Shown here: one piece after another, positions 58,538 through 64,000 of the stretch
How positions within the stretch are numbered: position 1 is the stretch's first letter
Layout: each line of letters begins with the position of its first letter
NCBI GenBank assembly: GCA_045635885.1
Contig: JAZTWO010000065.1
Location: 3,306-67,305, forward strand
Length of the DNA stretch: 64,000 nucleotides
Source: Eubacteriales bacterium
GTDB taxonomy: Bacteria; Bacillota; Clostridia; Oscillospirales; CAG-272
Reading direction: 5' to 3'
Made by a program: the position numbers and the translations under genes
Notes under the pieces: generated by a model
The model's database searches: none
Told to the model about the DNA's origin: nothing
The model's input: only the letters and a program-made list of their open reading frames with translations

Positions 58538-58539
58538 AA

Positions 58540-59313
58540 TTATGCCTGTTTAATTGAATTTTCCCATTGTTGATGCGCCAAAAACCATTTTTCGCTATGA
58601 GTTCCAAGTGCGCCAATTTGTCTTGGATGGGCAAGTGGCAAAATGTCGATTTCCTTATCCGCTATTGTCACTTTTATTCTGTTCCCGTAACCGTATTCTT
58701 GGGCGTATTCGCCAAGGGATGAAAAAGGGACGTTTGCGACCTTTTTAAGATATTGTGCTATGGGAATGTCGCCAAGTAAAACCAACAAATTTGCTTCTGA
58801 ACGCATCAATTCGTCGGTGATTTCAGAGCTTCTGTCTTTGTTGCAAAACATGTTGGGGCGCACGGGGATTGTGACAGGATTTAGATTGTATTTTTCGATT
58901 AAAGGATTATATTTTTCTTTTATTGCCTTAACCTGACTTGAATTAAGACGTGTTTCGGGCAGGCAATCGCAAAGCCAAGCATCATCCCTTGTATATCCAA
59001 GCGGTGCGAGAATGTTATTGTCAAGAACTTTAGCAGACGGACCGTTCAACTGTTTGCCGGCGGGCTCTAAATACCCTAATTCTTTGGGGATTTGTATTTT
59101 ATTTATTATTTCCTTTGCTTCTTTGGGGTTTCCGTCCCAAAAAATTCTTGGTTCAGAAGCCACTGCCAATGCTTGACAGATAATTTGATTTTCAAATTTC
59201 CATCTTGCGTGAACGGCGCTTGCGTAAACGCCCAAAACAAAAACCTTTTTGGGTGATTGATCTTCTTGAATCAGGGGGTGCAATTCTTGTCCAAAGGGGA
59301 ACAAATAAGCCAT
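58540..59313 (-). CDS. hypothetical protein, possibly uracil-DNA-glycosylase-superfamily fold (tentative)
   Basis: 257 aa, soluble. VFVLGVYASAVHA near the N-terminus and LPLAHPRQ near the C-terminus resemble the two UDG-superfamily motifs in position only. Confidence 0.3.
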   Translation of the reverse strand: MAYLFPFGQELHPLIQEDQSPKKVFVLGVYASAVHARWKFENQIICQALAVASEPRIFWDGNPKEAKEIINKIQIPKELGYLEPAGKQLNGPSAKVLDNNILAPLGYTRDDAWLCDCLPETRLNSSQVKAIKEKYNPLIEKYNLNPVTIPVRPNMFCNKDRSSEITDELMRSEANLLVLLGDIPIAQYLKKVANVPFSSLGEYAQEYGYGNRIKVTIADKEIDILPLAHPRQIGALGTHSEKWFLAHQQWENSIKQA

Positions 59314-59346
59314 GGGAAACTCCTTTGCTTTTAGTTGTTTTTTGAT

Positions 59347-59376
59347 ATTATATCATATTTTTGTTGAATAGTCAAT
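59347..59376 (-). promoter_or_regulatory. sigma-A promoter of the hypothetical gene at 58540-59313
   Basis: The - strand reads TTGACT, a 17-nt spacer, then TATAAT. Confidence 0.6.
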
Positions 59377-59393
59377 AAAGGTTGTGGGATTGG

Positions 59394-59479
59394 AAAATCC
59401 CCCAATATTATTTTGTGGAAAACAAAAAAAGCACTCTCTTGCGAGAATGCTTTTCTTGTTTTGGCGGAGGATGGGGGAT
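59394..59479. repeat. direct repeat DR1: copy of the tRNA-Ser 3' end (18 nt) plus its downstream terminator region
   Basis: About 85 nt at roughly 85 percent identity to 59592-59673. It ends with tggcggaggatgggggat, identical to the last 18 nt of tRNA-Ser. Confidence 0.85.
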
Positions 59480-59591
59480 ATCGCTCTTGATTTTTGCAAA
59501 GCAAGAAAGAAAAATCGTTAGTGTATGCTTTGCAAAAATCTTCGGTCACCGTTCAAAAACAACGCACTGTGTTGTTTTTTCACTGCGTTCG

Positions 59592-59673
59592 AATCCCCCA
59601 ATATTGTTTCATAGAAAACAAAAAAGCACTCACTTTCGTGAATGCTTTCTTGTTTTGGCGGAGGATGGGGGAT
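59592..59673. repeat. direct repeat DR2 (the functional copy, overlapping the 3' end of tRNA-Ser)
   Basis: See DR1. It contains the terminator hairpin aaagcactcac..gtgaatgcttt downstream of the tRNA. Confidence 0.85.
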
Positions 59674-59744
59674 TCGAACCCTCGTGCCCGTAAAGGCAAA
59701 CGGTTTTCAAGACCGCCTCGTTATGACCACTTCGATAATCCTCC
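59656..59744 (-). tRNA. tRNA-Ser (anticodon UGA), CCA encoded
   Basis: The reverse complement is GGAGGAT-TA-TCG-AAGTGGTCATAA-CGA-G-GCGGT-CTTGAAA-ACCGT-[long variable arm TTGCCTTTACGGGCAC]-GAGGG-TTCGAAT-CCCCC-ATCCTCC-G-CCA. 89 nt. Confidence 0.9.
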
Positions 59745-59857
59745 GTGTCTTGTCACGGAGAGATTTGAGAGGTGGCTCGGTTGCCAATGGCAATCGAATA
59801 CACTGCGTAGTTCATCGGCAAAGCCGATCTAATCCTCCGTGTCTTACGACCTTATTA

Positions 59858-59886
59858 TAATATCATATTTATACTGAGTTGTCAAT
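59858..59886 (-). promoter_or_regulatory. candidate promoter of the tRNA-Ser transcript
   Basis: The - strand reads TTGACA, a 17-nt spacer, then TATTAT. Confidence 0.5.
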
Positions 59887-59946
59887 AGATTTTCTTTAAT
59901 TTATCTGAAATTTGTTTAAATATATATGATTTTGATTTGTTTCCAA

Positions 59947-59975
59947 TCAAAAACCCCACCATTCTTGGTGGGGTT
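59947..59975 (-). terminator. terminator downstream of rubredoxin
   Basis: Stem aaccccacc / ggtggggtt with a U-run on the - strand. Confidence 0.85.
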
Positions 59976-59982
59976 ATATGTT

Positions 59983-60141
59983 TTATTCTTCGAGCGAGAA
60001 CATTTCTTTTCCGACTCCGCAGAGTGGACATTCGAAATCTTCGGGAAGGTCTTCAAAGGACATTCCAACGTCTATGCCATGCTCTTCGTCGCCAATTCTT
60101 TCGTCAAATTCCCAGCCACATACCTGGCAAACATACTTCAT
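59983..60141 (-). CDS. rubredoxin (52 aa; absent from the ORF track)
   Basis: My own translation: MKYVCQVCGWEFDERIGDEEHGIDVGMSFEDLPEDFECPLCGVGKEMFSLEE. It has two CxxCG knuckles. Confidence 0.92.
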   Translation of the reverse strand: MKYVCQVCGWEFDERIGDEEHGIDVGMSFEDLPEDFECPLCGVGKEMFSLEE

Positions 60142-60191
60142 ATAAAAACTCCTTTCGTTTTTTATAATAGTATATCCAGAATTTTTACAAA

Positions 60192-61889
60192 TTAAAACTT
60201 TGATGTGTCAAATTCTTTAAGATATTTCTTCAAGGGCTTAACTGTGTTTTTAACTGTTCCGTCAACAAATGGATTTTTAAGTGATGCGCGTTTTACAAGC
60301 TCGGTGAAGGGGTATTTACCGCCCATTTTACAAAGCTTAACGTACTTTCTCCAAGCTTTTGCGTGGTCGCGTCTTGCCTCGTTAAAGAACTGGAAGGCAA
60401 CAACCTGCGCCAAGGTATAGTCGATATAATAGAAGGGTGAAGAGAAGATATGGCTTTGTCTTAACCAATAGCCACCTTTTTCCAAAACGGGAGTATTATC
60501 ATATTTGATATGGGGGAGATATTTCTTTTCAATTTCTCTCCACTTTGCGCATCTTTCTTCGTGTGAAACTTCGGGATTTTCATAAACAAAGTGCTGGAAT
60601 TCGTCAACCGCAACACCGTATGGAATGAAAGTAAGACCGTCACAAACGTGAGAATATCTATATTTATCGGCATCCTCATTAAAGAAGTATTCCATCCAAG
60701 GATATGTGATAAATTCCATACTCATAGAGTGCATCTCGCACGCTTCAAGTGTTGGACTGCGATAATCGGGGCAACCGATATTTCTTGACATATAGCCCTG
60801 GAATGCATGTCCGAATTCGTGCGTAAGAACGTCAACGTCACCGCTTGTTCCGTTGAAGTTAGAGAAAATGAAGGGAGCTTTATAGTCGGGGAAATAAGTC
60901 ATATATCCGCCGCCTGCCTTGCCCTGACGTGCTTCGAGGTCGAGAAGCTCATATTCCTTCATAAATGCGAAGAATTCATCGGTTTCGGTTGAAAGCTCGG
61001 CATACATTTTTGTCGCCTGAGCAACAAGATAATCTTTGTCACCCTTGGGAGTTGCGTTTCCACTAAGGAAGTCGATATTATAGTCGTAGGACTGGGGATT
61101 TCTGATTTTCAATCTCTTTGCCTGCTCTTTAAAGAGCTTATTTGTAAGGGGAACGAGGTCGGTGTAAATCTGCTCTCTATATCCCTTTACGTCTGCTGCA
61201 TTATAGTCAGTTCTGCCAAGGGATTTATATCCGAGCTCAATGTAATTTTCGTATCCGAGCTTAAGTGCCATTGCGTGTCTTGTCTTTACAAGCTTATCAT
61301 AGATTTCACCAAGTGTGTCAAAGTTTTCCTCAAAGAATTTGCAATAAGCGATTGTTGCTTCTTTTCTTGTTTTTCTATCGTTGCTTGTTGTAAATTTGCC
61401 CATTTGGGGAAGGTTGTAAACGTCGCCCCTAAACTCGATTTTAGCAGAGGAAATGAGCTTTGTATATTCGCTTGAAAGCTTATTGATTTCTTGAAGCTCG
61501 GGGACGATTTTCTCGTCAAAAACCTCAAGTTGATTTTGCACCATATTGAAAAGGTGTTTGCCCCATCTTGCTTCAAGCTCGGGTCTGAATTTTGAGTTTA
61601 CAAGTGCCTTGTTGAACTTGTTTGAAAAAACTGAAATCAAGGGGGAAATCTCGTCCATCAATTCCTGATTTGCAACGTTTTGGGGATCTTGTGTGTCGCA
61701 TGTGTACTTAACATATCCAATGCTGAAATTGGTATAAAGATGATCGCTGTATTTAAACATCTTTTTTAATGCCTTATTTTGATCTTCAAAGCATTCTGCG
61801 GAATTAAATTCGTTAATAATCGCATCAAAATCTCGCTCAATTTTCTTTAAATCGGGCTTTTTGAATTTCATTTGTGAAAACTTTTTCAT
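60192..61889 (-). CDS. pepF: M3-family oligoendopeptidase (PepF type)
   Basis: HEFGHAFQ zinc motif. About 565 aa. I preferred ATG 61889, after GGTGG. Confidence 0.88.
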   Translation of the reverse strand: MKKFSQMKFKKPDLKKIERDFDAIINEFNSAECFEDQNKALKKMFKYSDHLYTNFSIGYVKYTCDTQDPQNVANQELMDEISPLISVFSNKFNKALVNSKFRPELEARWGKHLFNMVQNQLEVFDEKIVPELQEINKLSSEYTKLISSAKIEFRGDVYNLPQMGKFTTSNDRKTRKEATIAYCKFFEENFDTLGEIYDKLVKTRHAMALKLGYENYIELGYKSLGRTDYNAADVKGYREQIYTDLVPLTNKLFKEQAKRLKIRNPQSYDYNIDFLSGNATPKGDKDYLVAQATKMYAELSTETDEFFAFMKEYELLDLEARQGKAGGGYMTYFPDYKAPFIFSNFNGTSGDVDVLTHEFGHAFQGYMSRNIGCPDYRSPTLEACEMHSMSMEFITYPWMEYFFNEDADKYRYSHVCDGLTFIPYGVAVDEFQHFVYENPEVSHEERCAKWREIEKKYLPHIKYDNTPVLEKGGYWLRQSHIFSSPFYYIDYTLAQVVAFQFFNEARRDHAKAWRKYVKLCKMGGKYPFTELVKRASLKNPFVDGTVKNTVKPLKKYLKEFDTSKF

Positions 61890-62012
61890 AATTTTACCAC
61901 CTTTCAAATGTCATTTTTGCATATAAAATGTCTTGTTGAGGTGATTATATCAAAAACTTTTAACGTTTTCAAGTATTTGAGTGAAAAATGTTGTTTATTT
62001 TTGAAAATATGT

Positions 62013-62039
62013 ACCCACCCGAGAGGGTGGGTTTTGTTT
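62013..62039. terminator. hairpin terminator beside the 3' end of the collagen-like gene
   Basis: acccaccc-gaga-gggtgggt, followed by tttgttt on the + strand. Confidence 0.65.
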
Positions 62040-62910
62040 ATGCGATTTGAACGATTGTAATATGCGCAGAAACGGGGTCTGTGCCGCCTGCGTTAGGAGC
62101 TAAGGTTACGTTTGTTGTGTTTGCTATGGGGTTGCGTACGGTAATAGTAGAGGGAGTGGTGATATTCAAGATTGTAAATCCTGCAAGCTCCTCGCCTGTT
62201 TCTGTGCCGACAACGGTATAGGGAAGCTCTGTATCATTCAAGGTTAAAACAAGTTGACCTGCTTCACCAATGCTTGCATTCCACATTACAAGATAGGTGC
62301 CTGTTGCATTAAGCAAAAAGTCGGTGTCGTTTGTTCTGCCAATATTTGTGTTGGCAATTACTCCGTTGCGGGGAAATGCGACATCCGAGCCGGGAGTGAT
62401 GGCGGTTGCGTTGTCGGTGGGCATTAAAGCATAAAAATCTGCATAAGAGAGCACACCTCCGGGCAAACCACGAGGACCTTGAGGACCAACCTCACCTTGA
62501 GGGCCTTGCGCTCCCTGTGGGCCTGTTGCGCCCACGGGACCTTGAATGCCCTGGGGACCTGTTTCACCCTGAGGGCCTTGCGCACCTGTTGCGCCGGTTG
62601 CACCTGTTGCACCCATAGGACCTGCAGGTCCTTGCGGTCCTTGAGGACCTGTAAGACCAATGGGACCTTGAGGTCCTGTTTCGCCCTGCGGCCCTTGTGC
62701 GCCCATAGGTCCTTGAGGACCTGTTGGACCTATAACACCTTGAACTCCTTGAGGTCCACGGGGACCTTGCTCACCTGCGGGGCCTTGAGGACCCACGGGG
62801 CCTTGTATTCCTTGCGGTCCTTGGGGGCAAATAAAGCATTTATCGTCGTCGCAGGGGTTGTAAGAGCAACCACATCTACCGTTACGATTAAATTGATTAT
62901 CTCTATTCAT
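62038..62910 (-). CDS. collagen-like triple-helix-repeat protein with a BclA-type C-terminal globular domain (exosporium/spore-surface candidate)
   Basis: Cys-rich N-terminus ([17 protein letters not shown]), about 43 uninterrupted G-x-y triplets ([24 protein letters not shown]...), then a ~140-aa beta-rich, N/T-rich domain. I moved the start to ATG 62910, after AGGAGAA. Confidence 0.85.
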   Translation of the reverse strand: MNRDNQFNRNGRCGCSYNPCDDDKCFICPQGPQGIQGPVGPQGPAGEQGPRGPQGVQGVIGPTGPQGPMGAQGPQGETGPQGPIGLTGPQGPQGPAGPMGATGATGATGAQGPQGETGPQGIQGPVGATGPQGAQGPQGEVGPQGPRGLPGGVLSYADFYALMPTDNATAITPGSDVAFPRNGVIANTNIGRTNDTDFLLNATGTYLVMWNASIGEAGQLVLTLNDTELPYTVVGTETGEELAGFTILNITTPSTITVRNPIANTTNVTLAPNAGGTDPVSAHITIVQIA

Positions 62911-62971
62911 AAATTCTCCTAAAGCTGTATTGGTGGTTACCCGCCAATGACAGTATATGTCGAAAGATGAC

Positions 62972-62998
62972 AAAAAGCACCAATGAATTGGTGCTTTT
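62972..62998. terminator. bidirectional terminator after the Na/Pi transporter gene
   Basis: aaaagcaccaat-ga-attggtgctttt. Confidence 0.85.
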
Positions 62999-63014
62999 AG
63001 ATCGTATGTTTATT

Positions 63015-64000
63015 TTAGAGTGCGTATTTAGTTAAATACTCGGTATATTTTTTTCTAAAGTCGGGATCGTCGTGGTGAATTGATCTAAGAACTGCGTGAG
63101 AGTTCATATTGTGGTTGTTTGTGTCAATTACACCAAGTGCGATATTTGAACAGTGGTCGCCGACACGCTCAAAGTCGGTGAGCATATCTGACCAGATAAA
63201 TCCTGCCTCGACTGTACATTCACCGCCCTGAAGACGAACAACGTGGGTGTTACGAAGCGCTCTTTTAAGTGCGTCAATAACCTCCTCAAGTGGCTCAACA
63301 TTGTATGCGGTGGAAAGGTCGTTTTCAATGAATGCCTTTTGAGTGAAAACAAGAATTTCATCAACTGCCTTTGTAAGAATTTGAAGCTCTCGCTTTGCTT
63401 CGTCAGAAAACTCGATATTCTTATCACGAAGCTCCTCAACGGATTCAAGAACGTTTACAGAGTGGTCGGAAATACGTTCAAAATCTCCAATTGCCTTTAG
63501 GAGCATTGTGATTTTAGCACCGTCTTGGTCGGACATTTGGTGCTGACTGAGTTTTGCAAGATATGTTCCAAGGACGTCTTCATATCGGTCAACTTTCTTT
63601 TCAAGCTCACGAATTCTTGCCGCTTTTTCGGGTGTGTAGTCATTAATTGATTCAATACTCAATTTGAATCCGTCGATGGCTCTTGTTGCCATTTTGTTAG
63701 CAAGGTTAACACTTTGTGCAAGTGCGATTGCGGGAGTTGCAAGAAGACGGTCGTCAAGTGCAACCCTTTCTTCTTTATCGTCTGCGGTGTCGGGAATGAT
63801 AACGTATGTGAGCTTTTCAAGAAGAGAGGAAGCGGGAAGAAGTATTGCTACACAAAGGATGTTAAATATTGTGTGGCAAGCGGCAATTCCAAGATAGCTG
63901 GCTTGTTCAGTGAGAATCAATGGCTTGAAAATTGCAGAAATTATACTAAATACTGCAAGCCAAATCACAGTACCGATAACACTGGATGAAAGGTGGATGA
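63015..64000 (-). CDS. Na/Pi-cotransporter family protein with a C-terminal PhoU-like domain pair (5' end outside the window)
   Basis: The ORF is open to the window end. The TM region (...HTIFNILCVAILLPA) is followed by two PhoU-like repeats containing FERISDHSVN and FERVGDHCSN. Confidence 0.8.
   Translation of the reverse strand, partial: IHLSSSVIGTVIWLAVFSIISAIFKPLILTEQASYLGIAACHTIFNILCVAILLPASSLLEKLTYVIIPDTADDKEERVALDDRLLATPAIALAQSVNLANKMATRAIDGFKLSIESINDYTPEKAARIRELEKKVDRYEDVLGTYLAKLSQHQMSDQDGAKITMLLKAIGDFERISDHSVNVLESVEELRDKNIEFSDEAKRELQILTKAVDEILVFTQKAFIENDLSTAYNVEPLEEVIDALKRALRNTHVVRLQGGECTVEAGFIWSDMLTDFERVGDHCSNIALGVIDTNNHNMNSHAVLRSIHHDDPDFRKKYTEYLTKYAL

Noticed and set aside
59745-59829. 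Possible second (pseudo) tRNA upstream of tRNA-Ser, since it begins with the same GGAGGATTA.
   Set aside because: Beyond the first 9 nt there is no D-arm, anticodon-arm or T-arm geometry and no GTTCRANYC. It is treated as an insert flanked by 16-nt repeats instead.
62406-62922. ORFs 62406-62618, 62479-62922 (+) and 62424-62660 (-) within the collagen-like gene.
   Set aside because: These are shadow frames of the G-x-y repeat. The periodic GC-rich triplets keep all frames open.
1-64000. Screened the window for CRISPR arrays, transposases or integrases, toxin-antitoxin pairs, restriction-modification genes and known defence-system genes.
   Set aside because: I found no regularly spaced repeats and no recognisable recombinase, nuclease/helicase or methyltransferase genes. 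The only mobile-element-like signals are the tRNA-Ser duplications and the duplicated hairpin reported above.

Overview
The window looks like a chromosomal segment of a low-GC, spore-forming Bacillota (Clostridia-type) bacterium. Supporting genes are SpoIIR, a BclA-like collagen protein, pyruvate formate-lyase and rubredoxin. The core is a complete S10-spc-alpha ribosomal superoperon on the + strand, rpsJ to rplQ (17664-33346). It has 31 genes, including rpmD and rpmJ, which are too short for the ORF track and which I translated by hand. I corrected several starts using RBS position: rplC, rplP, rpsH, rpsE, rpoA and map.

Upstream (1-17.6 kb) lie:
- two surface or unknown genes;
- a tightly packed pgsA-like / DUF368 / pssA-like operon, divergent from a large MMPL transporter;
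- a CaCA antiporter, tRNA-Pro, a U32 peptidase and zapA with an acidic repeat tail;
- a CDF transporter and an mreB paralog / MBOAT / RNHCP group.

Downstream (33.4-64 kb) lie:
- a DUF3343 gene with a cysteine-desulfurase-like gene, and spoIIR;
- two divergent ECF S-component genes, one behind a THF riboswitch and one behind a preQ1-I riboswitch;
- a T-box-controlled ABC importer and a NodB deacetylase;
- a TldD/PmbA pair, a HAD hydrolase and an SPFH protein;
- pflA and pflB;
- a TetR / SDR / DUF1295 group followed by a gene that resembles a ferredoxin-dependent bilin reductase;
- a hisS / DJ-1 / MTHFS / CPBP / LRR gene string;
- tRNA-Ser, rubredoxin, PepF, a BclA-like collagen protein and a partial Na/Pi-PhoU transporter.

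I saw no CRISPR array, transposase, integrase or obvious defence system.

The items most worth a second look are:
1. the phospholipid / DUF368 / MMPL locus;
2. the putative bilin-reductase-like gene inside a cluster of reductases;
3. partial duplications of both ends of tRNA-Ser, which resemble att-site scars;
4. an exact 26-nt hairpin duplicated 269 bp apart;
5. a 445-bp palindrome-rich non-coding island;
6. the T-box, whose specifier geometry points to CGU (Arg) rather than the nearby UGG.

Every functional call rests on motifs I recognised by eye. No database search was run.
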